From a virus (Duplodnaviria; Heunggongvirae; Uroviricota; Caudoviricetes), in the IMG/VR virus record IMGVR_UViG_3300002054_000021, positions 77,864-141,863 of that record: a DNA stretch of 64,000 nt, one strand, 5' to 3'. The first letter of the stretch is position 1, and each line of letters begins with the position of its first letter. Under the pieces are notes generated by a model, which saw only the letters and a program-made list of their open reading frames with translations, did no database searches and was not told where the DNA came from. The position numbers and the translations under genes were made by a program. Below, piece after piece: positions 55,513-63,912 of this stretch.

Positions 55513-57795
55513 ATGCGAATCGAAGAAAGAACTAATGATTTTGCTTACAGTAATACAGTAGGTATTAAAGCACATGTTGGTAATGCAAGAGCTATTATCG
55601 CCATGCTTGCCAATATTTATGAAAACCCTGCGCTAGCCTTTATTCGAGAGATGGCATGTAATGCTTATGACGCTCATGTCATGGCAGATAACCTAGATAA
55701 GTCTTTCGACTTGCACTTTCCCACAAAAGATAATCCTAATCTTATTATCAGAGATTATGGAACTGGACTCTCAAAAGAGTTTATGGAAACGCGCTATACA
55801 TCTGTTGGCGATTCAACAAAAAAGAATAGCGATGATGAAATTGGCGGATTCGGTATCGGGCGACTTAGCTTCCTTTCAGTAACTGAAATGGCTATTGTCA
55901 CTTCTTACTATGAAGGCATGAAATATGCTTATAATGTAAGCCGTGACGAGAATCTTGATTTGTGCTTTTTTCCAATGGGTGAAGAGGAAACTGATGAACC
56001 TAACGGCCTTGAAATTATATTCACGCCTACGCAAGACGTTATTTACAAAACTATCGAGGCGTCAAAAGATTTTTTCAAAAGATTTAAAATGATGCCTAAC
56101 CTAACTGGCGCTGTTGTTCCGTTAGTTAGTATGGATTATGCTTTCGAGAATGAAAAATGGGGTGTTAGAAACGGGCCTTCATACGAGAATCAATTGAATG
56201 TGGTTATGGGTGGTGTTGCTTATCCTGTTAATCGGACACTAGCAGGTAATGATATATTTTCAGGTGTTGAAAATTTGATCGAGTCAAATATAGATTTATT
56301 CTTTAACATAAGTGATATTCAGCTTGCCCCTTCAAGAGAAGGTGTTATGCAAACTGACGACACTCTTAAAAAGATTGCCTCAAGACTTAATGAGATTAAA
56401 GATTATTATTTAGAATCATATCGCGATGGGCTGTCTAAGATTAATTTCTTACATGAAAAAAAGATATTCTTTTCTAAGTTTATTGTAGGTTTGCCAAATG
56501 GTGTAAATTCTCTTATCCGCTCTATTGCACGTAAAGAGGATTGCGGAGATTTAACGGAAATTAGCGTAAAGTTTCAACCGCACCGTATGAAGCTTAAGCA
56601 ATTTTATGAAACAAGAAAATTAGACAAGGCGGGTAACGTAGTAAGAGATTCTAATGACGAACCTGTTATGGAAACAAAGTCTAGAATAGTTGATGGGGAT
56701 TATGCCTATCGCTTTCATGAAAAAAGCTCATACCGCACTAGGTCTTGGAATACTGCGCACCGTTGGGATAAATCAACAACAAGCATGATTAAGATCAATT
56801 CGGAATTATTACATAGACAAAAATTTATCCTTATGGATATAGAGGATAGGTCTTGGAAGGCTACTATTGAACATAATTATGGCGATGATGACGGAGTTAG
56901 AGCCATCTATATGGGTAAAAGACAGAGTGACTTTAAGGCTATATTAAAACATATGACTAAGTTTGGTTTTAAGCCTAGTCAATTCACTAGACTTTCTGAA
57001 TTAGAAAAAAAGCCGCGTGTTAGGAAATTGCTTAACGGACGTAATTTTAGACGTAACAATATTAGCGACTCAACGTCTGGATCATTTTCCTCTTATAGTG
57101 AGGTTCCATTCACTTCGATATCTGAATCAGATGTTGTCTTTGTTGAAACAAATCGCCATGAGGTTGTCTGTCAAGAGTCCATCGAAGCTTTAAGGGACGC
57201 TAGGTTTGCTCATGCGGTGGGATTGTTGAAAAACTTTTCAGTTTACGCTGTGAGTAAATCTTACCTGTCTATGGTTCCTGATAACTGGATTAATATTGTT
57301 GACTATATGAGTGAGATAGATTTGCGGAGTATGAAAAAACTTATTAAATCTCAATACCGCTCTATGGTTATCTGTGAAGGATTAAAAAGTATAAGTTATA
57401 AATTTAAACCCACAGAAGACACTGATGTCCCATATAAAGACGAACATGGCCATGTAAAAATTCTTGCTGTAAGAGAGTATGAATCAAAGCACATGAAGTT
57501 TTTACGTATGGGAAAAAACCTGTCTGTCAATATGCTTAATGATTTAGAGTTCCTTTATGAGCGACATAAAAATGTTCGTGATATGTTCAAAGAAACTAAC
57601 GTAGAAGTTTCAGATGCGCGTGAATGCCTTGACTTGACAAAAAGCAAGATGTCTGCTAACAATATATTAGACCAGAATTATGCTTTTTCTAAAATTCAGG
57701 GCTTTCTGGGAAGTGATGTTCACAATTTCCTATCATCCAAGAAAGACCCCATTGCATTTATCGTTAAGGTCAACAATTTTGTAAGAGGACATTAA
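55513..57795 (+). CDS. GHKL-superfamily ATPase (Hsp90/MORC-like HATPase_c) with 560-aa uncharacterised C-terminal region
   Basis: Bergerat-fold N-box REMACNAYDA, G1 box IRDYGTGLS and G2 box IGGFGIGRLS. Confidence 0.6.
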   Translation: MRIEERTNDFAYSNTVGIKAHVGNARAIIAMLANIYENPALAFIREMACNAYDAHVMADNLDKSFDLHFPTKDNPNLIIRDYGTGLSKEFMETRYTSVGDSTKKNSDDEIGGFGIGRLSFLSVTEMAIVTSYYEGMKYAYNVSRDENLDLCFFPMGEEETDEPNGLEIIFTPTQDVIYKTIEASKDFFKRFKMMPNLTGAVVPLVSMDYAFENEKWGVRNGPSYENQLNVVMGGVAYPVNRTLAGNDIFSGVENLIESNIDLFFNISDIQLAPSREGVMQTDDTLKKIASRLNEIKDYYLESYRDGLSKINFLHEKKIFFSKFIVGLPNGVNSLIRSIARKEDCGDLTEISVKFQPHRMKLKQFYETRKLDKAGNVVRDSNDEPVMETKSRIVDGDYAYRFHEKSSYRTRSWNTAHRWDKSTTSMIKINSELLHRQKFILMDIEDRSWKATIEHNYGDDDGVRAIYMGKRQSDFKAILKHMTKFGFKPSQFTRLSELEKKPRVRKLLNGRNFRRNNISDSTSGSFSSYSEVPFTSISESDVVFVETNRHEVVCQESIEALRDARFAHAVGLLKNFSVYAVSKSYLSMVPDNWINIVDYMSEIDLRSMKKLIKSQYRSMVICEGLKSISYKFKPTEDTDVPYKDEHGHVKILAVREYESKHMKFLRMGKNLSVNMLNDLEFLYERHKNVRDMFKETNVEVSDARECLDLTKSKMSANNILDQNYAFSKIQGFLGSDVHNFLSSKKDPIAFIVKVNNFVRGH

Positions 57796-57796
57796 G

Positions 57797-58759
57797 ATGG
57801 TTAGCATGAAAGAAGGTTCCAAAGTATTAAAAGCGCAACCGACTCGCGGCGCTGTTCCACCTATTATTTTTGATGGAGCGGGAAATATCTTATCGTTTTA
57901 TTTTGACGGAAATCCTTATATGGTAAGAAGTGAGAATATGAATTTCTTGCTGATTAAAGATTTAGTTAAAGAGGGTGAAACATTAAAGCGCGAAGGCAAG
58001 GATGAAGAGTCCGCCCAAAAAATGCAGGATGCAATTAACCTTATTGACCATAAGAAAGCAATGCAGTCACTAACGTATGGACGTATTCAGGTTGTAGGAA
58101 AAGAATTGTATTATTCTGGCGTCCGTGTTGATGATAGATTGACTCAGTTAATGGTTAAGCTTGCAAGACAGAGAGAGAAGTTTGAGCCTCTTGGCAAATT
58201 CCTTGAAAACCTTGCTAACAATGTTAGTGATAGATCGAGAGAGCAACTATTTGATTTTATTGAAAGGCATTTATTTTCTATTACACCAGATGGAAAATTC
58301 TTAGCGTATAAAGTTGTTCGTAGTGATTATACGGATTGCCATACTGGAACATTTGACAATAGTGTTGGAATTACTGTTGAAATAGACAGAAGTGAGGTTG
58401 ATGACAATCCTAACAGGACTTGTTCTCATGGATTGCACGTATGTGGAAAGAGCTACATTAACTCATTTAGGCGCGGTAGTAATAGACTATTGCTAGTCGA
58501 GGTTGACCCTAAAGATGTCGTGTCTGTTCCAACTGATTACAACGGCGCTAAAATGAGAGTTTGTAAATATCGAGTAATAGAAGAGCTTGATGATGTTTAT
58601 GAAAATGACAATGTTGGTATTGTTATTGACACTAACAAAAAGACTCGCCGCGATGCAAAGGGAAGATTCCTTCCTGCTAAAGTCTATACCCCATTGCGTG
58701 GTGAGGATGGGAAATTTATTCCAGACACAAATAATTTAAACAAATGTTTGATTTGGTAA
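57797..58759 (+). CDS. hypothetical protein translationally coupled to the GHKL ATPase
   Basis: TAAGATG overlap with the upstream gene. Contains CSHGLHVCGKSY. Confidence 0.5.
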   Translation: MVSMKEGSKVLKAQPTRGAVPPIIFDGAGNILSFYFDGNPYMVRSENMNFLLIKDLVKEGETLKREGKDEESAQKMQDAINLIDHKKAMQSLTYGRIQVVGKELYYSGVRVDDRLTQLMVKLARQREKFEPLGKFLENLANNVSDRSREQLFDFIERHLFSITPDGKFLAYKVVRSDYTDCHTGTFDNSVGITVEIDRSEVDDNPNRTCSHGLHVCGKSYINSFRRGSNRLLLVEVDPKDVVSVPTDYNGAKMRVCKYRVIEELDDVYENDNVGIVIDTNKKTRRDAKGRFLPAKVYTPLRGEDGKFIPDTNNLNKCLIW

Positions 58760-58860
58760 TAGAACATCGTCACCGAGAGGATTTGTTACCCTTGAAGACG
58801 TGACGGCACAGAGGGGCGGTGTCTAGGTTTAATCGCCATGTTGGATACTGCCCCTTGAAA

Positions 58861-58872
58861 TTTTCGCATCTT
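58861..58872 (+). repeat. TTTTCGCATCTT motif copy
   Basis: 28 nt upstream of the ATG at 58901. Confidence 0.6.
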
Positions 58873-58900
58873 TACAGGTGCGCACATATGGAGAAGTGAA

Positions 58901-59344
58901 ATGAAGTATATATGTTTTCTTGCTTGGGCTTTCTTATTTATAAGCATGTCTTTTGATTTTGGCGGCAATATGCTTTCGATTGTAGGATCACTTACAAGTG
59001 ATAAGGATTCTGCGATTGACTCTATAGATATAGTGACTTCATTTGTCGGGTTTATTGCTATCATTTACCCCATTATTCTCATGGTTGAATCAGAGAAAAT
59101 TAATAGTAAATGGAAAAAGTCTAAAAAAACTGTTAACGAACTGATAGACGAGCGGGATAATATTGAGGCGGATTTAAATACACTCAAAAAGAAAACTGAT
59201 AGTCAAATTGAAGACTTAAGAGGAAAGCTTGAACATGCAAATTCTCAAACGATAGAATCTTATGAGACGTTCACTAAGCTTAGAGATTTTGAGGAAATAG
59301 AGAAGCTTGCTTTAGCTGAAAGAAAAGCCGTTGACGAGGGTTAA
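58901..59344 (+). CDS. membrane protein with coiled-coil C-terminus
   Basis: GGAGAAG RBS and two transmembrane segments. Confidence 0.5.
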   Translation: MKYICFLAWAFLFISMSFDFGGNMLSIVGSLTSDKDSAIDSIDIVTSFVGFIAIIYPIILMVESEKINSKWKKSKKTVNELIDERDNIEADLNTLKKKTDSQIEDLRGKLEHANSQTIESYETFTKLRDFEEIEKLALAERKAVDEG

Positions 59345-59359
59345 TTTTTATTTTTGTTC

Positions 59360-59388
59360 TTGACTCCCTTTATTGAATATTGTAATTT
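59360..59388 (+). promoter_or_regulatory. conserved early-type promoter cassette
   Basis: Sequence TTTTTATTTTTGTTCTTGACTCC. Confidence 0.5.
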
Positions 59389-59415
59389 TAATGCAGTATT
59401 CAAAAGGGAATCAAA

Positions 59416-59898
59416 ATGACTAAAAAAGCACATATTCATACGCACACATTATCTATTGAGGGCGATGTTCCAGATCATGTCTTTAAGGACATAATAAAAA
59501 CTGGCAACAAAATTATCAAATCATTCAATGAAGAGAATAGATATTCTGGCATTGTTGTAAATTGCGGTAAAGAAAAATTTAAAAAGAAAAAGAAAAAGAT
59601 ACAGGTTAACGGCCTAGGTATTAGGTCTTATGAAACATTCTACATAAAACCTGAATTAATGATTAACGGCACTGTTCACACCTGCAAAACTAACGATGAG
59701 ACATATGATGGTGCTGTTGGCGCTATATGTATGATGGCAGAAGCGCTTTCTGGTGGTCTTATTAAGTACACTGGTGGTAATTTTCGCAATAAACGCCCAA
59801 AATACGAGAGAGTTTTACATAAATCTATAGGATTCGCCACAAATACCGCTTTATGGCCTAATAAAGAAGGTGAAATACGAGCAATATCAACAACATAG
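59416..59898 (+). CDS. hypothetical protein
   Basis: 160-aa ORF. Contains an (AAAAAG)x3 tract. Confidence 0.5.
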   Translation: MTKKAHIHTHTLSIEGDVPDHVFKDIIKTGNKIIKSFNEENRYSGIVVNCGKEKFKKKKKKIQVNGLGIRSYETFYIKPELMINGTVHTCKTNDETYDGAVGAICMMAEALSGGLIKYTGGNFRNKRPKYERVLHKSIGFATNTALWPNKEGEIRAISTT

Positions 59899-59929
59899 AT
59901 AAAAAATGCATTATTTTTGCTTTTTATTG

Positions 59930-59958
59930 TTGACACCTAGGATTTATTATTCTATAAA
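59930..59958 (+). promoter_or_regulatory. promoter TTGACA-17-TATAAA
   Basis: Best-fitting consensus promoter in the window. No ORF follows it. Confidence 0.55.
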
Positions 59959-59963
59959 ATGAA

Positions 59964-60078
59964 CATCGGCAAAGTCCTCCCCTGATTAGCCGATCCGCGA
60001 TCCCCGACCTCCCCTTTGGGTTGATCGCACACCTTGGCTCCTTCTGGCTCCCCCTTTGCCAGTTGGGGCCATTTTTTT
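59964..60078 (+). ncRNA. candidate small non-coding RNA 1 (about 114 nt)
   Basis: Promoter, then a C/U-rich GC-enriched segment with no ORF, then a hairpin plus T7 terminator at 60047-60078. Confidence 0.4.
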
Positions 60079-60081
60079 ACA

Positions 60082-60110
60082 TTGACTAAAGGTTAATAAA
60101 ATTGTATATA
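60082..60110 (+). promoter_or_regulatory. promoter TTGACT-17-TATATA
   Basis: Sits immediately after the terminator of candidate sRNA 1. Confidence 0.5.
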
Positions 60111-60116
60111 TAAGAT

Positions 60117-60266
60117 CCAGTCACACTCCATGCACAGCTTTATGTTAGAGAGGCTTGCAAGAGACTATGATGCTACTTCGTGTCTGGAAGTTGGTTATGG
60201 CCATTTGGGAAGTGAATAGTCTCAATCTAACGTAAACTAGGTCGCTCTTTGAGCGGCCTTTTTTAT
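60117..60266 (+). ncRNA. candidate small non-coding RNA 2 (about 150 nt)
   Basis: Only a 29-codon ORF without RBS. Ends at the GGTCGCTC-TTTG-AGCGGCC plus T6 terminator at 60240-60266. Confidence 0.4.
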
Positions 60267-60274
60267 TTTTCTTG

Positions 60275-60303
60275 TTGACAATCTATGTAAACTATGCGAA
60301 AAG
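60275..60303 (+). promoter_or_regulatory. conserved early-type promoter cassette plus CAACAAACGAAAG leader
   Basis: -35 element TTGACA at 60275. Confidence 0.5.
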
Positions 60304-60330
60304 AGAATCAACAAACGAAAGATTATTAAT

Positions 60331-60630
60331 ATGCCAAAAAACTCTTTACAGAAACTTATTGATAGGGCGATAGAAAGCACTGGAGATAAAGCAGAGGATT
60401 TTCTTGTTATAGCTCATGATATATCATTGGACGCAAAGCATAAATCTGGCACATCGGAAGGTATTAGACTTTTCGGAGATGACACCCTTTCTGACTTTTA
60501 CGAGCTTGTCAGCAATACAGTTAAAGATGTTAGCGGCAAATCAAGAATGAAGTTTCATGAGTATGTCGAGGACAGTAATTTTAACATAAATATTTTCTTG
60601 CAAGAACTGAAAGACAGAGCCGAGGCTTGA
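60331..60630 (+). CDS. hypothetical protein
   Basis: 99-aa ORF. Confidence 0.5.
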   Translation: MPKNSLQKLIDRAIESTGDKAEDFLVIAHDISLDAKHKSGTSEGIRLFGDDTLSDFYELVSNTVKDVSGKSRMKFHEYVEDSNFNINIFLQELKDRAEA

Positions 60631-60631
60631 G

Positions 60632-60766
60632 ATGGTAGAAAAGAATGTCCCTATAACATTTTATGATTTTTGCACACAGCAAAACAAATCAAACGATAAG
60701 TTTAAAGATATGAGTTGGGGTGAAAAACAAGCCGCTTATGTAAAGCATGTAAAAGGATTATCATAA
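60632..60766 (+). CDS. small protein (44 aa)
   Basis: GAGG RBS. Overlaps the next gene by TAATG. Confidence 0.35.
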   Translation: MVEKNVPITFYDFCTQQNKSNDKFKDMSWGEKQAAYVKHVKGLS

Positions 60767-61233
60767 TGCCTGTCAAAGATGTGAAAGATACCAACAATCA
60801 ATTACAAAGATTTGTTGACGCTCAAGATAGATTGCAGGGCGGAAAATATGGCGATGCTACTATTTTCGAGGTTGCATGTTTAGAGATGCTTCAAGAGCAA
60901 AAAAGGACTCACTGGATGTGGTTTATATTTCCACAATTAAGAGGCCTTAGCCCTAGCACAACAGGAACCCATTATGGATTGCGAGGAATTGAAGAAACTA
61001 TTGCCTTTATGTGCCATCCTGTATTGCAAAATAGATATAGAGCTTGCGTTGGAATTGTTAATAATCCAAAAACTATAGAATCATTTAGTGAGATCGATAA
61101 AATGAAGTTAAGGTCTAGCTTAAGTCTGTTTTATGTCGCCAACGGCTCTCCAGAAAATATTTATTTGGATGTATTGGATTGCATGGGTTGGGACTTATGT
61201 GATAAAACTTTAGAATTGTTAGGAATGATTTAA
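60766..61233 (+). CDS. DUF1810-family protein
   Basis: Motif LQRFVDAQ...HWMWFIFPQLRGL...HPVLQNR. Confidence 0.5.
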   Translation: MPVKDVKDTNNQLQRFVDAQDRLQGGKYGDATIFEVACLEMLQEQKRTHWMWFIFPQLRGLSPSTTGTHYGLRGIEETIAFMCHPVLQNRYRACVGIVNNPKTIESFSEIDKMKLRSSLSLFYVANGSPENIYLDVLDCMGWDLCDKTLELLGMI

Positions 61234-61234
61234 A

Positions 61235-61441
61235 ATGGTTACTTTAAAAAACGGAACAACGATTAAATTTCGTGAAGTGTTATCCCTTCATCAGGTTAAT
61301 GTTATAGTTAATAATACACCTATGAAAGGGTTCAGTGAATATACATCTGCGGCTAAGTGGGCACAACAAAGATACGGTTTGACAGATGGGCAGTTAATGC
61401 AAATATATAGAGATTATAAAGAAGACTACGACAGTCTTTAA
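61235..61441 (+). CDS. hypothetical protein
   Basis: 68-aa ORF. Confidence 0.45.
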   Translation: MVTLKNGTTIKFREVLSLHQVNVIVNNTPMKGFSEYTSAAKWAQQRYGLTDGQLMQIYRDYKEDYDSL

Positions 61442-61496
61442 TTTGGAAATTGACAAATCACTTCATTTAGTGTATTTATAATTAAAAGGAATAATT

Positions 61497-61688
61497 ATGT
61501 TTAGATTTATTTTAGCGCTATTCGTCATTGCTTTTGGCATAGCATGTTTTTATGTTACTTGGTTTGAGATAGCGCCCTTCTATGAGCAAGAGCAGCTTCA
61601 ATACGCCCCCATAGTTGTAAGGATTGGGGCCGTCCTCTCTTTAATCTATGTTATATGCGTGGGCGCTAAAATAACACTTGAAGATTAA
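61497..61688 (+). CDS. small membrane protein
   Basis: Two hydrophobic segments. Confidence 0.45.
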   Translation: MFRFILALFVIAFGIACFYVTWFEIAPFYEQEQLQYAPIVVRIGAVLSLIYVICVGAKITLED

Positions 61689-61694
61689 AATTAC

Positions 61695-61768
61695 GCATCC
61701 GTAGCTCAATTGGATAGAGCAACTGCCTTCTAAGCAGTAGGTTACAGGTTCGAGTCCTGTCGGATGTG
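61695..61768 (+). tRNA. tRNA-Arg (anticodon TCT)
   Basis: Acceptor GCATCCG/CGGATGT, G18G19, anticodon loop CTTCTAA, T-arm ACAGG-TTCGAGT-CCTGT, encoded CCA. Confidence 0.75.
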
Positions 61769-61786
61769 CCATTTTTGGAAATTATT

Positions 61787-62032
61787 ATGTCTATAAATTA
61801 TTACTTGACAGATGGTGATAACGAGGAGGTTATAGCAACAGCTCTAAACTCTACTATCCAATTAGAGTTATCTGAGAAAGAATATAAATCATTCAGTGGA
61901 CACCTTGTCTATGGGGTGGATCAAAACAATGATATAACTGAGACGGCAGTCCTTGAAATGGCGGTGAGACTTTCGATTATATTTATAATAATGAATGGAC
62001 AACCGAAGAATTGCTTGATAGGATGGGTATAG
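61787..62032 (+). CDS. hypothetical protein
   Basis: ATG at 61787. The track's GTG start at 61766 lies inside the tRNA. Confidence 0.4.
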   Translation: MSINYYLTDGDNEEVIATALNSTIQLELSEKEYKSFSGHLVYGVDQNNDITETAVLEMAVRLSIIFIIMNGQPKNCLIGWV

Positions 62033-62046
62033 AGGTGGAAAAATAG

Positions 62047-62565
62047 TTGAGTTCAAAGATAAAATTAGAATATCCATATAATCAAGATTGGAAATGGGGA
62101 TACCTAACTGAAAAAACAACTGGGCGCGATAAGGGCCGCAAGAATATAAGCTTAGTAAATTCTCGCAATAATAGAAGTAGCGTTAGTTACGCTCGTTATT
62201 TAATGTCTGTTCATTTAGGTAGATATCTTACAGATGATGAGCATGTAGATCATATCAATGAAGACAAAGCAGATGATAGAATGGACAACTATCAGATACT
62301 AACTAATGCTGAAAATACCAAAAAGTCACAAGCATTTGCAATTTATGTTGATTTGAAATGTCCTCAATGTGAAAGTAGATTTCTAAGAAGGCGCAAACAC
62401 ACTCACTTATGCGTTAAGAAAAAATTTGTTGATTTCTGCTCTAGAAGCTGTTCTTCAAAGTACTATTCTAGAAAAGACAAAATTAAGTTTACAGAAGAGA
62501 ATAGTAATGCTATAAGTGAAGTCATACTTCATGTGAATGAAGTGGAAGATTATGTATTTGATTAA
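62047..62565 (+). CDS. HNH homing endonuclease
   Basis: Motif HVDHINEDKADDRMDNYQILTNAEN. GAGGTGG RBS. Abuts the tRNA-Met gene. Confidence 0.6.
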   Translation: MSSKIKLEYPYNQDWKWGYLTEKTTGRDKGRKNISLVNSRNNRSSVSYARYLMSVHLGRYLTDDEHVDHINEDKADDRMDNYQILTNAENTKKSQAFAIYVDLKCPQCESRFLRRRKHTHLCVKKKFVDFCSRSCSSKYYSRKDKIKFTEENSNAISEVILHVNEVEDYVFD

Positions 62566-62578
62566 TTTAGGGCGTGAA

Positions 62579-62650
62579 GCTAAACGGTTAAGCCACCTCC
62601 TCATAAGAGGTTGATAGTAGGTTCGATTCCTACCGCGCCTACCAAATTTC
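62579..62650 (+). tRNA. tRNA with CAT anticodon (Met or Ile-lysidine)
   Basis: Acceptor GGGCGTG/CGCGCCT, anticodon stem ACCTC/GAGGT, loop CTCATAA, T-arm GTAGG-TTCGATT-CCTAC, encoded CCA. Confidence 0.7.
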
Positions 62651-62654
62651 GCAT

Positions 62655-62703
62655 CTTTATACGCATCTTCATACATATACACTTTTCGCATCTTCACATG
62701 TAA
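62655..62703 (+). repeat. three TTTCGCATCTT-type copies (62655, 62670, 62692) plus a degenerate fourth at 62756
   Basis: Lies between two tRNA genes. No + strand ORF downstream. Confidence 0.6.
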
Positions 62704-62783
62704 AGAAACTTAAATATTCTTTGCATGATTGTCTAATATGTAAATATTTTTCGCATTTTCATAAGTATTAATGAACGCGCCTA

Positions 62784-62856
62784 GCAGGATGGTGAGAATC
62801 GAACTCACGAAATTCGGGTTCTAAGCCCGACGACCTTCCAACAGATCAACATCCAC
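62784..62856 (-). tRNA. tRNA-like gene, anticodon TAG (Leu-type) but type-I short variable loop and mismatched 1-72 and 2-71 pairs
   Basis: Reverse-complement fold: U8, G18G19, anticodon stem TCGGG/CCCGA, loop CTTAGAA, T-arm GTGAG-TTCGATT-CTCAC. Acceptor GTGGATG versus CATCCTG. Confidence 0.45.
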
Positions 62857-63180
62857 TAACGAATTCGGAAGCTATCCGTATAAGTTAGCTGCTAGACTGA
62901 ACTACGCTAGGATCAGCTTAATCCTTGGCATAGAACCGATGTCTTAGTATTATCATCTGTTTATTATGTCAAGTACTAACTTATTTTTTATTTTTCTATA
63001 TCACTATTGACTCACGTCTTATTTTATGGTATACAATAATTATCATTGGGTTCATTTGCCCCGATTACTAAATGTTTGTTAAATGCAGACAACGATAATT
63101 TCGCTCCTGTAGCGGTTGCTATCGCGGCTTAGTCCACGAAAAGCTGAGTTGGTTCAATCTGACTTGGAAACAGAATTAAA

Positions 63181-63912
63181 TTAGAGTGTAGCGTTCTTCG
63201 CTACACTTTCATTTTTGATTTTAGGTACTCTTCCAGAATTTACACACTTTACTATAGTTGTGCGGTGAACTTGAAAATATTCAGCAGCCTCTTTTGTTGA
63301 TTTAAATAAAATTCCACCTAAGGTGAAATTCTTCATATTTTTCCTAAGGTAATTTGATCTTCCATTATTTTTTGCCCATCTTTTAATTGTGTTAGTGCTA
63401 ACCTTAAAATGCCTAGCGGCATCGCTATAAGATTTAAATACAATACTATCTATCACAACTTGTATAGCGTCCTTACCTCCCTTTTTTAAAGAAAGTGATT
63501 TTCCTCCTTTAGATATCCATCTCGCTATAGTTTTATTACTGACACAAAAATGTCTAGCGGCGGCTCCGTATGACTTAAAATATATGTCATCTATAGTACA
63601 TCCTATAGACCTCCTGCTTTCATTAACGTAGCAACCCTTGCCTCCGTTTATCCCGTTGTAACATTCATTTGAATCTATCATCTCTTTAGTTATAATATCG
63701 GACTCGTATTGGTAAGCCTCTTCTTCTGTCTCAAAATGCAATAAGACTTCTTTGCAAAAGTTATGCTCTCCGTATTTTTCTATTGCTTTCAATAAAGCAT
63801 AACCAGACCCTAAGTACGAACATTGATCCCCGCACCTATTAGAACAAGAATGCTTTCCAATATAGTATTTACCATTGACCAAGTTAGTAGTTTTATATAC
63901 TGTATGTTTCAT
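63181..63912 (-). CDS. GIY-YIG homing endonuclease with three or four IENR/NUMOD repeats
   Basis: N-terminus MKHTVYKTTNLVNGKYYIGKHS. GGGG RBS. Upstream cassette is shared with the gene at 52651. Confidence 0.65.
   Translation of the reverse strand: MKHTVYKTTNLVNGKYYIGKHSCSNRCGDQCSYLGSGYALLKAIEKYGEHNFCKEVLLHFETEEEAYQYESDIITKEMIDSNECYNGINGGKGCYVNESRRSIGCTIDDIYFKSYGAAARHFCVSNKTIARWISKGGKSLSLKKGGKDAIQVVIDSIVFKSYSDAARHFKVSTNTIKRWAKNNGRSNYLRKNMKNFTLGGILFKSTKEAAEYFQVHRTTIVKCVNSGRVPKIKNESVAKNATL

Noticed and set aside
59578-59596. (AAAAAG)x3 tract inside the 59416 gene as a possible slippage site
   Set aside because: No alternative-frame ORF of meaningful length follows. It simply encodes a KKKKKK patch.
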